Shown one piece after another: positions 29,040 through 38,242 of a stretch of 64,000 bases of DNA. The position numbers and the translations under genes were made by a program. Position 1 is the first letter of the stretch. Each line of letters starts with the position of its first letter. The DNA is from an uncultured Desulfobacteraceae bacterium (GTDB lineage Bacteria; Desulfobacterota; Desulfobacteria; Desulfobacterales; UBA11574): contig CAZBOB010000003.1 in NCBI GenBank assembly GCA_964492995.1, forward strand, positions 7,114-71,113, written 5' to 3'. The notes beneath the pieces were generated by a model. The model was given only the letters and a program-made list of their open reading frames with translations, did not search any database and was not told the origin of the DNA.

Positions 29040-30575
29040 GTGATTGAATCATACAGACAAGGTGTATTGGTCAAACCTTATGAACGGTTGAATCGGGATC
29101 AGGTAAAATGGCTTGATCAAGCGTCATTAAACATGCTGTCCAACCCGGGTATCTGGTGTTATAACGAGCGGGCGGCCAAGCTTTTCAAAGACCATGGCGC
29201 CCAAGTCCGGGAAGAAAGCGATTCGAACGCGAAATGGTGGCGGGTAAGTTTTCCGGGCGGACTCATCAAAGAAGCCGTTGCAAAGGCACCTTCCCGGCTT
29301 GTTTTAGGCGCAAGAAAACCGGAAAATCGCCTGTTTATCGATGCTGAAATTCCAAGGGCTTATTTTGGATCAGGATCTGAAGCAAATATCTGGCTCGATG
29401 CGGAAATGGAGGTTTTTGTCAGTGAAAAAAACAACTCTGTCAAAGTAAAAGTGCCCCGATACACAGAGCGTCGTGGCAGCACTGCCTTGTTAAGTCGTGC
29501 TGCAAAGCTCTGCGAAAGATTGGAGCATCTCGATTTTTTCATCCGGCCATTAAACATACAGGATCCCGAGATCACATCAGATAACCATGATGTGAACAAA
29601 TTTTTTGCCAGCCTCAATAACATCACCAAACATGTCCAGGCCGGTTTGACCAGCCTGGCGCGTTTCGAAGATGTTGTAACCATGGCCGAGATTATTGCAG
29701 GAGGTAAAAAGGCCTTAAGAGACAATCCGATTATTTCCTTTATTGCATGCGTATTTAAAAGTCCGCTTCAAATCGTGGATGACACGGCAGAAAAGGTATT
29801 TGCTATTGTTGAAGCAGGGCTTCCGTTGGTTATTTCTTCTTCACCTCAGGGAGGATCATCGGCTCCTATCCAGGAAGCAGGCATGGTTGCACAGATTAAT
29901 GCCGAAATTCTGGCCGGCATTACGCTGACGCAACTGATCAAAGAAGGGGCGCCGGTCCTATATGGCAGCGTTCCGGTCAGAGCACGTCTGGATGATCTTC
30001 ATGACCTTTACGGCTGCCCGGAATTCAATCAGTATAATATCGACTGCGTTCAATTAGCCCGCTACTATAAGATACCGTGCTATTCAACCGCCGGTGTGGG
30101 CGATGCCCATGTGCCGGGAATGCAGGCCATGTTTGAGAAACTGTTTACCCATCTTTATATGGCAATGAGCGGAGCACACTATATCCATTACGCGTTCGGG
30201 CTTTTGGATCGGACCAATTGTTTTTGCCCGCTTCAGGCTGTTCTCGACAATGAACAGATTGGAAAAATCAAGCATTGTCTTAGAGAGCCCAAGATCAGTC
30301 CAACAGAGATTGATGACACGCTCAATATGGTAAAAAAAGTCATGGCCTCAAGCCATCGACTTTTTGCCCGTCATGCTCGCAAGGCCATGCACAGCGGGGA
30401 TGTCTCCAATCCATATCAGTTTGAAACCAAGGACATGGAAGACAAAGTCATCGAAAATGCGCTCGAGTACATGGCTCGACTGGAAAGCGAACCGGCGCCT
30501 CACCTGGACTCAGATGTGGTGGAACACATATATGATAAGGTTCCGGGCCTTCTGCCGGGCTTAAAATCAAATTAA
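29040..30575 (+). CDS. MttB-superfamily protein, non-pyrrolysine, paralog 2
   Basis: 511-aa ORF with a GTG start behind AGGAGG. It has no internal stop and carries MttB family blocks (ITKHVQAG, SAPIQEAG, DNEQIG). Confidence 0.82.
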   Translation: MIESYRQGVLVKPYERLNRDQVKWLDQASLNMLSNPGIWCYNERAAKLFKDHGAQVREESDSNAKWWRVSFPGGLIKEAVAKAPSRLVLGARKPENRLFIDAEIPRAYFGSGSEANIWLDAEMEVFVSEKNNSVKVKVPRYTERRGSTALLSRAAKLCERLEHLDFFIRPLNIQDPEITSDNHDVNKFFASLNNITKHVQAGLTSLARFEDVVTMAEIIAGGKKALRDNPIISFIACVFKSPLQIVDDTAEKVFAIVEAGLPLVISSSPQGGSSAPIQEAGMVAQINAEILAGITLTQLIKEGAPVLYGSVPVRARLDDLHDLYGCPEFNQYNIDCVQLARYYKIPCYSTAGVGDAHVPGMQAMFEKLFTHLYMAMSGAHYIHYAFGLLDRTNCFCPLQAVLDNEQIGKIKHCLREPKISPTEIDDTLNMVKKVMASSHRLFARHARKAMHSGDVSNPYQFETKDMEDKVIENALEYMARLESEPAPHLDSDVVEHIYDKVPGLLPGLKSN

Positions 30576-30618
30576 TACCAATTTGCAATAACAACAACCA
30601 AGAGTGGAGGAGTGGGTG

Positions 30619-31299
30619 ATGAATCCAAGTGAACTTATAGAGAAAATCGCATTTAATGTCATTCAGGGAAGAGTGGAAGCTGAAGACGAAGGCTTTGATC
30701 CGGGACTGGAAGGTCAGCCGGGAGTCACTGAGCTGGTGAATGAGGCATTGAATCAACATATAGATCCAAAGAAGATATTGATAGAATCATTAACGGAATC
30801 CATGGAAATAGTGGGGGAAAAATTTGAGCAAAATGAGTATCTGATCCCGGACATGCTGGCTTCTGCCGAATGTGTGGGTGTGGCCACGGATTTGCTGGCG
30901 CCTTATCTTATTAAAGCGGGTGTGGAGAGCAAGGGCAAATTTGTAATTGCCACGGTGAAGGGCGACCTTCACGACATCGGGAAAAACATTGTTGCCATTA
31001 TGTTAAAAGGCGCAGGCTACGAAATCATCGATCTAAAATCTGATGTGAGTACGGATCGCATCGTGGATGCGGTTAAAGAGAGTGAGGCTCCGTTTTTAGG
31101 GCTTTCGGCGCTTTTAACCACAACCATGCGCAATATGGAAGATGTGATCCGGGAACTGGAAAAACAAGGACTTCGAAATAAGGTTAAGGTTCTTATTGGC
31201 GGCGCCCCGACCTCCAAGGAATTTGCGGCACAAATCGGGGCGGATGCTTATTGCAAAGATGCGTTTCAGGCCCTTGAGGTCGTTAAAAGTTTTGAATAG
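30619..31299 (+). CDS. corrinoid (B12-binding) protein, copy 1
   Basis: Carries B12-binding signatures GDLHDIGKNIV (DxHxxG), SALLTTTM and GGAP. Confidence 0.88.
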   Translation: MNPSELIEKIAFNVIQGRVEAEDEGFDPGLEGQPGVTELVNEALNQHIDPKKILIESLTESMEIVGEKFEQNEYLIPDMLASAECVGVATDLLAPYLIKAGVESKGKFVIATVKGDLHDIGKNIVAIMLKGAGYEIIDLKSDVSTDRIVDAVKESEAPFLGLSALLTTTMRNMEDVIRELEKQGLRNKVKVLIGGAPTSKEFAAQIGADAYCKDAFQALEVVKSFE

Positions 31300-31307
31300 G
31301 AGTAATT

Positions 31308-32576
31308 ATGAAACAAAAGGGAGAAAAAAAGGCGTATACACAGGCACACAGCACGGGAAAATATGAAAAAGCAAGCGGACTGACCGGAAAATATGACAAT
31401 GTTCGAAGGTTTTGGGAAGATCAGAACACCGCTATTTTTCTGCGCCCTGCACTGAACAATTTGGTGGAACGGAAAAAAAGAAACCTCGAAAGAATACGTA
31501 TTCTTGACCTGGGTTGCGGCAGCGCCGACGGATACGACCTGTTAATGAATGTAACAACCAAAGATCCCGGTCTTTTCGAATTCATTACCGCTGCCATTAC
31601 ACAGGACATGCTTCAAGAATATGCGGGTGTCGATATTAACCCCGATCTTCTTCAACAGGCCGAAGAATATATCGGCCAGCTTCCCAAAACACGGTTTATT
31701 CAAGCGGACCTTTCAAACGGCCTGACGCCTGAGATAACCGAAAGTCCTCCTTTTGATGTATATTTTACCTCCTACGGTACCTTCTCACACTTTTATGATC
31801 ATCAGTCTGTGAAAATTATCGCCGATATTTGCAGGCATGCACCGGAGCGGGCGATTTTTATGGGAGACTGGCTGGGTCGTTATACCTGTGAATGGCAGGA
31901 TCTGTGGCATCATCCCGCTGACGAAGAATATTTCATGGATTATCGAATTTCCTATATTTATCCTGAAGAAGAACGGGATCAAATGGAGATTTCATCCTTT
32001 CCGTTACGTCTGATAACAAAAGATGAAATTATGAAAATTATTAACCAGGCGTCACAGGAATCAGGGATTGCGATTGAGCCGATCAAATTTTTTGATCGTT
32101 CCATATACATCGGTCGCCACATGGATACCAGGGACTACAACGCTAATTGCCCAAAGTTGCGGTTTCCGGTGAATTCACTCTTTGAGGGATATGTTCGTAC
32201 AGATCTTGAAAGCCTTTTGGTCGACTATGTGCCCCGGCCGGGGTTTGATCATCTGAACAATTTTTTTGAAATGTTTTTCATGTGCTGCAACACCTTGGTA
32301 AACCATACGATTTCACTGCTCAGCAATTATGATACAGAAGATGAAAAACTAAATGATGTTCCGAAAATTATGCCCTATTATCCGGACTCTCTTAAAGAAG
32401 CCATGGAAGCCATGCGCAGAGTCATTGAAGGGGTTGGATGGGTGCCCTGGGGCGATGTTCGGGCCAATGTCATAGAGCCTCACCTGGGCTTCTCTCTTCG
32501 CAAGCTCGAAACGGATCTTCAGCCCGGCACAGGATTTGGACACGGAATAGTGGGAATCTTCGAAATACGCAAATAA
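31308..32576 (+). CDS. class I SAM-dependent methyltransferase, 422 aa, with a large uncharacterised C-terminal part
   Basis: Motif I ILDLGCGSADGYDL plus downstream Rossmann-fold blocks (GVDINPD, FDVYFTSYGTFSH). It begins 9 nt after the corrinoid protein gene. Confidence 0.65.
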   Translation: MKQKGEKKAYTQAHSTGKYEKASGLTGKYDNVRRFWEDQNTAIFLRPALNNLVERKKRNLERIRILDLGCGSADGYDLLMNVTTKDPGLFEFITAAITQDMLQEYAGVDINPDLLQQAEEYIGQLPKTRFIQADLSNGLTPEITESPPFDVYFTSYGTFSHFYDHQSVKIIADICRHAPERAIFMGDWLGRYTCEWQDLWHHPADEEYFMDYRISYIYPEEERDQMEISSFPLRLITKDEIMKIINQASQESGIAIEPIKFFDRSIYIGRHMDTRDYNANCPKLRFPVNSLFEGYVRTDLESLLVDYVPRPGFDHLNNFFEMFFMCCNTLVNHTISLLSNYDTEDEKLNDVPKIMPYYPDSLKEAMEAMRRVIEGVGWVPWGDVRANVIEPHLGFSLRKLETDLQPGTGFGHGIVGIFEIRK

Positions 32577-32646
32577 TGCAAAAGGAAGGCTAAACTCATA
32601 TACGCCTTTGTCGTCGCTATTAAAAATATAACCTTTGGAGAATACT

Positions 32647-33816
32647 ATGAGCAAAGAGCAGTTCTTTTTTACATCCGAATCCGTGACAGAAGGGCATCCC
32701 GATAAAGTCGCCGATGCCATATCGGATTCAATTTTAGATGCAATGATTGCAGAGGATAAAAACAGCAGGGTTGCCTGTGAGACCCTGGTAACAACCGGTT
32801 TGGTCTTGGTCGCCGGTGAAATCACAACCGACTGTTATGTCGATATTCCTGAACTGGTTCGAGAAACCATACGAGATATCGGTTACCATTCATCTCAAAT
32901 GGGATTTGACTGGCAAACCTGCTCGGTTATTACAAGTATTGACCAACAATCAGCAGATATCGCTCAGGGAGTCAATGTTGACGAGGGACTTTTCAAGGAG
33001 CAGGGGGCGGGTGATCAAGGTTTGATGTTTGGCTATGCCTGTGATGAAACCCCGGAACTCATGCCAATGTCTATTATATTTGCCCACAAATTAACCCGCC
33101 GTCTGGCAACGGTTCGAAAGAACGGTGCTCTGGATTTCCTGAGACCTGATGGTAAATCCCAGGTAACCATCGAATACGAGAACGGAACTCCGAAACGGAT
33201 TGATACGATAATCGTCTCTGCCCAGCACAAACCGGAAGTTTCGTATGAGGACCTAAAAGAAGCGGTGATTGAGGAAGTGGTCAAAAAAATTATCCCACAG
33301 GATATGGTGGATGGAGATACCAGATATTTAATTAATCCAACCGGTCGGTTTGTGATCGGCGGCCCCATGGGAGATTGTGGTCTTACCGGACGGAAAATTA
33401 TTGTCGACACCTATGGTGGTCAGGGCCGTCACGGTGGGGGGTGCTTTTCCGGAAAGGATCCTTCAAAGGTAGATCGCAGCGCTTCGTATATGGCGAGACA
33501 TGTAGCCAAAAATATCGTGTCTGCCGGTCTTGCTAAAAAATGCGAAGTACAAATCGCCTATGCCATTGGTGTTGCAGAACCTGTATCTGTGATGGTCAAC
33601 CTTATAGGAACCGGCGTGGTTCCTGAGCATAAAGTGAGAAAAAGCATCTTGGAAACCTTCGATTTACGGCCCGCCGCCATCATTAAATATCTTGATCTGC
33701 TACGGCCAATATATCGCAAAACTTCGGTCTACGGGCACTTCGGCCGCAGTGAACCCGAATTCACCTGGGAAAAAACCTATATGGCGGAAACGCTAAGAGA
33801 GAAGACGAGGTTGTAA
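32647..33816 (+). CDS. metK: S-adenosylmethionine synthase
   Basis: Full-length ORF with [46 protein letters not shown] and [16 protein letters not shown]. The start was taken at ATG 32647. Confidence 0.96.
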   Translation: MSKEQFFFTSESVTEGHPDKVADAISDSILDAMIAEDKNSRVACETLVTTGLVLVAGEITTDCYVDIPELVRETIRDIGYHSSQMGFDWQTCSVITSIDQQSADIAQGVNVDEGLFKEQGAGDQGLMFGYACDETPELMPMSIIFAHKLTRRLATVRKNGALDFLRPDGKSQVTIEYENGTPKRIDTIIVSAQHKPEVSYEDLKEAVIEEVVKKIIPQDMVDGDTRYLINPTGRFVIGGPMGDCGLTGRKIIVDTYGGQGRHGGGCFSGKDPSKVDRSASYMARHVAKNIVSAGLAKKCEVQIAYAIGVAEPVSVMVNLIGTGVVPEHKVRKSILETFDLRPAAIIKYLDLLRPIYRKTSVYGHFGRSEPEFTWEKTYMAETLREKTRL

Positions 33817-33865
33817 TTCTATTAGTGCTTAATCCATCTATTTTATTAAGGAGATTGGGTTTAAA

Positions 33866-35389
33866 ATGAGTGGTTTTGCTGTCGTTTACGATCAACCAAA
33901 TACTCTGGTTCTGGAAGAAATGTTTAAAAGGATTGGTCATCGAGGTCCATATTTGTCAGGGAAATTTGAGGGCCAACGGATCTTAATGGCCCAGAACTAT
34001 CTGAGAGCCGACTGTCCTGAGGCGCATCCGGAAAACGATCCATTGCCTGTCACCAATCCAGGGGGTAAAAACAGTTCCATCTGTTACGACGGCCAAATGG
34101 GCAACTCCAAAGATCTATGCAATACTCATGGGATCCCGAACGGTGCTTTCAAAGAAGAGCGGCTGATTCTACACCTATTCAAAAAGTATGATCATAAGAT
34201 GTTCCAGCATTTGGATGATGCTATCTTTGCATTCGTGATTTCCGATGGAGAATACCTATTTGCAGCCAGAGATCTTTTAGGCATCAAAACCCTTTTTTAT
34301 GGAAGAAAGAATGGGGCGCTTTATCTGTCTTCCGAACTTAAAAGTCTGATAGGAATCACCGACGATGTATATGAATTTCCGCCGGGACATTACATGGACA
34401 GCACGGGCACGCTATTCCGGTTTGCCGAACTTCCGAAAAGTCAGCCTGAAATCTTACATAGCGATCCCAACGAGATGGCGGAAACCATCAGAGACATTAT
34501 CCGGCGCAGTTTCCAAAACCGTGTGAACTTTGAAGCGCCCACAGGAAGCCTTCTCAGTGGCGGAATAGACAGCAGTGTTATTGCCTGGCTGGCCGGTAAT
34601 GCCTACAGGGAAAAATTTGGAAAGGATGAGCGCTTGAAGACATTTGCCCTGGGTGTAGGAGAAAGCGAAGACATTACATGCGCCCGTTTAATGGCCGACT
34701 ATATCCGCTCCAACCACCATGAATTGATTGTAAACCTTGATCAAATTCTGGCGGTACTGCCCCAAGTAATTTGGAGCCTGGAATCCTTTGATCCTTCTTT
34801 GGTGAGAAGCTCTGTGTCGAATTATCTCATCTCTAAATATGCAAGAGAACAAGGAATAGAGGTCCTGCTTTCCGGAGAAGGCGGTGATGAAGTCTTTTGC
34901 GGGTATTTATATCTTAAAGACTTTCCAGCTGAAGAATTATTCGCACAACAAATGAAATGTATCGGCTTTTTACATAATAATGCGTCATTACGCCTTGACC
35001 GAATGAATCTATGCAATTCCGTCCGGGTTGTTACCCCCTTGATATCCGGAGAACTGCTCAAATATGCCATGGGCATTCCTGCTGAATATAAGCAAAGACC
35101 GGAAGGAAATCAAAAAATCGAAAAATGGATTTTCAGAAAGGCTTATGAAAACGTACTGCCCAAAGAGATTGTATGGCGGCTCAAACAGGAATTTTCTCAA
35201 GGATCCGGGTCTGCTGATGTGCTTCCCAAATATTTTGATGAGACGGTTAAAGATGAAGAGTTAAAAGAAGCTCAGGGCAGTTATCCGATGGTCCGGAGCA
35301 AAGAGGAGCTGTATTATTTTAAAATCTTCATAGAACATTTTGGCAGAGGACGAGCAGTAGAAACGGTTGGCCAGTGGATTCGATTATAA
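33866..35389 (+). CDS. asparagine synthetase B-like ATP-dependent amidoligase lacking the N-terminal Cys nucleophile
   Basis: 507-aa ORF with the PP-loop SGGIDSS and AsnB-type blocks (LLSGEGGDE, LRLDRMN). The N-terminus reads MSGF instead of MCG. Confidence 0.8.
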   Translation: MSGFAVVYDQPNTLVLEEMFKRIGHRGPYLSGKFEGQRILMAQNYLRADCPEAHPENDPLPVTNPGGKNSSICYDGQMGNSKDLCNTHGIPNGAFKEERLILHLFKKYDHKMFQHLDDAIFAFVISDGEYLFAARDLLGIKTLFYGRKNGALYLSSELKSLIGITDDVYEFPPGHYMDSTGTLFRFAELPKSQPEILHSDPNEMAETIRDIIRRSFQNRVNFEAPTGSLLSGGIDSSVIAWLAGNAYREKFGKDERLKTFALGVGESEDITCARLMADYIRSNHHELIVNLDQILAVLPQVIWSLESFDPSLVRSSVSNYLISKYAREQGIEVLLSGEGGDEVFCGYLYLKDFPAEELFAQQMKCIGFLHNNASLRLDRMNLCNSVRVVTPLISGELLKYAMGIPAEYKQRPEGNQKIEKWIFRKAYENVLPKEIVWRLKQEFSQGSGSADVLPKYFDETVKDEELKEAQGSYPMVRSKEELYYFKIFIEHFGRGRAVETVGQWIRL

Positions 35390-35557
35390 AATCTGCTGCT
35401 CAGAAAACCTTTATTCTATCGATTTTCGATACTCCATTACTCAGCGCACAATCAACTATACATTTTTTCCTTACGGCTATTTCAGCCGCTTTACTGAGGC
35501 AGGTATTTTTTTGTATTCTTTTACGTCCAACAAAAGTTGATAAACAAATGAAAGATT

Positions 35558-36079
35558 ATGAACCTGTTTGATTTAGCAATCATAGCGATTTTATGCTTTT
35601 GTCTGATAAGAGGTGTTTTCATAGGAATCATCAGGGGATTGTTTTCAATCACAGGGGTATTGGTCGGCTTCTTTGGAGCTTCAGCATTTTACATGGAAGT
35701 TTCAAAATCCTTATTATATTGGATGCCGGATGCTTCGCATGTCAATCTATTGAGTTTTCTCAGTATTTTTTTTGGATTCTTTTTTACGATCAGTATACTG
35801 GGAATGATTGTCAATGGCTTACTTAAAATCGATTTTTTGAGTTGGGTAAAACGCACGTTAGGTGCTGTCATCGGCATCATCAAAGGGGTATTGTTTGTTT
35901 CTGTTTTGTTGCTCACTTTCACCGCGTTTCTCCCTAAGGGCACACCTATTATTAAAAACTCCCTATTTTCTTCCTATTTTACCTTGGTGTCCGAGAAGAT
36001 GGCCAGGATTGTTTCCAAAGATATGAGACATAAGTATGTAGCAAAAATAGGAGAGTATAAAAAATCCTGGAAAAATTAA
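35558..36079 (+). CDS. CvpA family membrane protein
   Basis: Starts MNLFDLAIIAILCFCLIRGVFIGIIRG and has four hydrophobic segments. Confidence 0.7.
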   Translation: MNLFDLAIIAILCFCLIRGVFIGIIRGLFSITGVLVGFFGASAFYMEVSKSLLYWMPDASHVNLLSFLSIFFGFFFTISILGMIVNGLLKIDFLSWVKRTLGAVIGIIKGVLFVSVLLLTFTAFLPKGTPIIKNSLFSSYFTLVSEKMARIVSKDMRHKYVAKIGEYKKSWKN

Positions 36080-36105
36080 AAATAAAGCCCCATCCTTTTG
36101 GGTGT

Positions 36106-36456
36106 ATGAAAGAGGACAAAATGAAATTGGGAAGTGAATACAGACTGCGTACAATTAGTCAAAATACAACACTTAATGTTGGCGAATTGATCGACGACTG
36201 CCTGAATTTTTTACACACATTAGTACTTGGCCAAGATGCCGCAAAAAAGTTAGCAAAAACGGAACATAAATTGCGTGAAATTGAAAAGATAAAAGACAAC
36301 GATAAGATATATAAGTGCCAAAAAGAGATACTTTTCCAGGATATTTTCGATATTCTGGAAGATATTGCACCGGAGGGATGTTATTTTGGCACCCATCCTG
36401 GAGATTTCGGGCTCATCGGTTTTTGGGACAAAGACTTATTTTCTGTTACACACTAA
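36106..36456 (+). CDS. hypothetical protein
   Basis: 116-aa ORF with no recognisable motif. Confidence 0.35.
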   Translation: MKEDKMKLGSEYRLRTISQNTTLNVGELIDDCLNFLHTLVLGQDAAKKLAKTEHKLREIEKIKDNDKIYKCQKEILFQDIFDILEDIAPEGCYFGTHPGDFGLIGFWDKDLFSVTH

Positions 36457-36506
36457 AAAATTCAAATCAGCTTGGCAGATAAAAAGGAAATAGTAAGGAA
36501 TGTTAA

Positions 36507-36731
36507 ATGTTAAATAATCCTGACGCACCCAAAAATCTTGAGGAAGCCTTTAAAAGATTAATGGATTTAATTCCGGTTCCTTATCGGCACGAAAAAAATA
36601 TTCAAAAAACTATATTGACATATCTGAAAGCTGAAGGCGAAGAGTTTGTACGCAATGGTATAGAACGTACGCGGAAACTTTTTACAGAAAAATATCAAAA
36701 GAAGTTTCCTAAAAATCGAGATAAAAGCTAA
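36507..36731 (+). CDS. hypothetical protein
   Basis: 74-aa ORF with no recognisable motif. Confidence 0.3.
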   Translation: MLNNPDAPKNLEEAFKRLMDLIPVPYRHEKNIQKTILTYLKAEGEEFVRNGIERTRKLFTEKYQKKFPKNRDKS

Positions 36732-36768
36732 ATGCCTCAAGATGGTAAAAATCAAGTGAGGAGGCACT

Positions 36769-37176
36769 GTGATTTTTGGCGAGTTGTTGGTTGCTTTAAC
36801 CGTTACGGTTCTTTTAAGTGCATTGCTTATGTCTACATTTTTAAAAGGTGAGCAGCGAACCCGTTTGATATGGATTTTCTTAATTATTTTTCTGACGACG
36901 TGGGCCGGTGGTATTTGGGTAAGGCCTTTTGGACCGTCTTTTCGAGGAATTTATTGGCTGCCGTTTCTTTGGATTGGAATAATTATCGTGCTCATACTTG
37001 CTGTATCTTATCCAAGGCGTATCCCAAAGAGCAGGTGGGAGACTTTAGAAATGCTGCAACGGATTGAAAAGCAAAAAAAACTGAATCAACTGACTTATAT
37101 CACCTTAACGCTTTTGTTTTGGCTGCTTTTGTTCTTACTCTCATTAGCGATTATTGTCCGCTATTTCAAAATGTAA
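36769..37176 (+). CDS. small integral membrane protein (paralog of 43593-44012)
   Basis: Shared blocks are TWAGGIWVRPFGP versus TWAGGIWIQPSG and LTYITLTLLFW...IIVRYF versus LTYTVLKLIFW...ILFRYA. Confidence 0.55.
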   Translation: MIFGELLVALTVTVLLSALLMSTFLKGEQRTRLIWIFLIIFLTTWAGGIWVRPFGPSFRGIYWLPFLWIGIIIVLILAVSYPRRIPKSRWETLEMLQRIEKQKKLNQLTYITLTLLFWLLLFLLSLAIIVRYFKM

Positions 37177-37383
37177 GACAGATCTGTTCAATTCTGGATT
37201 CGCATAGCCCGGCTTATGGAACGCCGAATCATAAAAAGTGATCTTCGACTCCGCATTGAACACTTGTTTAAAGAAGCGGGTATTGTTATTGCGTTTCCTC
37301 AGCGTGACGTCCATCTGGATAGCCAAAAGCCGATTGAAGTTCGTATGCTGAATTCGAAAAATGATGGAGGAATATATGACTAA
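37177..37383 (+). pseudogene. C-terminal remnant of an MscS-family mechanosensitive channel gene
   Basis: Translation in the same frame, just after the preceding stop, gives VQFWIRIARLMERRIIKSDLRLRIEHLFKEAGIVIAFPQRDVHLDSQ. This is the typical MscS C-terminal end. No N-terminal part is present. Confidence 0.6.
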
Positions 37384-37837
37384 AAATAGATATGTTTTCA
37401 TGATAACTAAAAATGCATTCATCATAACGATACTTTTTATCAGTTGTGCAAATCTTGCCTGTGCCGGTGAACGCCTCACCGTTACAGTCCCCAAGGCAAA
37501 TATCCGTTCAGGACCTGGAACTCACTATGATATCATTTGGCAGGTATACAAATATTATCCGATTAGGGTTATTAAAAAGACAGGATCATGGTATCGGTTT
37601 GTTGATTTTGAGGGGGATAAAGGGTGGATATATAGATCTCTTGTTCGTAAAATCTCATCGGTTATTACGACTAAAGAAAAATGCAATATTCGTTCGGGCC
37701 CCGGCACCAAATATAGAGTCGTATTTACGACTGAAAAAGGCGTCGCGTTTAAAGTTATAAATCGAAAAGGTGGCTGGATACATGTCCGCCATTCGGATGG
37801 AGATAAAGGATGGATATATAAATCTTTGGTCTGGTAA
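37361..37837 (+). CDS. secreted protein with two bacterial SH3 domains
   Basis: Signal-like N-terminus, then two repeats of the form NIRSGPGT.Y...............W..V....GDKGWIY.SLV. Confidence 0.75.
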   Translation: MMEEYMTKNRYVFMITKNAFIITILFISCANLACAGERLTVTVPKANIRSGPGTHYDIIWQVYKYYPIRVIKKTGSWYRFVDFEGDKGWIYRSLVRKISSVITTKEKCNIRSGPGTKYRVVFTTEKGVAFKVINRKGGWIHVRHSDGDKGWIYKSLVW

Positions 37838-37952
37838 CTTAGGCCAATCATGCAGTATCCAAATATCCTTTTCCAAAGGAAGCCAATGCCATAAGAGGTC
37901 GGGGTTTTTTCGATCCAGTGTTTTTATAAAAAAAACTCGACTACTGATCTTA

Positions 37953-38006
37953 ATCGCCTACTCCATCGGTGTAATAGAACCTGTCTCTGTAATGTTGTAT
38001 CTAATG
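37953..38006 (+). pseudogene. short metK remnant plus junction (cassette copy 2)
   Basis: ATCGCCTACTCCATCGGTGTAATAGAACCTGTCTCTGTAATGTTGTATCTAATG is nearly identical to 19812-19865, including the non-metK junction codons LYLM. Confidence 0.7.
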
Positions 38007-38242
38007 AGAACAAAAATAATCTCCAAGGATCGAATTACCGAATACATTCATCATACCAACAAAATGTTTATTACATAATTGACCACCTAAAATTACTTAC
38101 CGAAAATAATATATATACAAAATTTAGATTATATATTTTTTTGAAAGAGTTTTTAAAATAGACTATTAACAACATAACAATTATCTTACTGCCGTTGACC
38201 GTATTCCCCCGGATATTGATAAGGCAGAAAGGAAACTAAGAA

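Noticed and set aside
32577-32646. A SAM riboswitch upstream of metK, and cobalamin riboswitches upstream of the corrinoid clusters (25130-25494, 55952-56274).
   Set aside because: The metK leader is only ~70 nt and lacks the paired SAM-I helices. No B12-box-like consensus is visible in the cluster leaders. Their conserved parts are the hairpin repeats described above.
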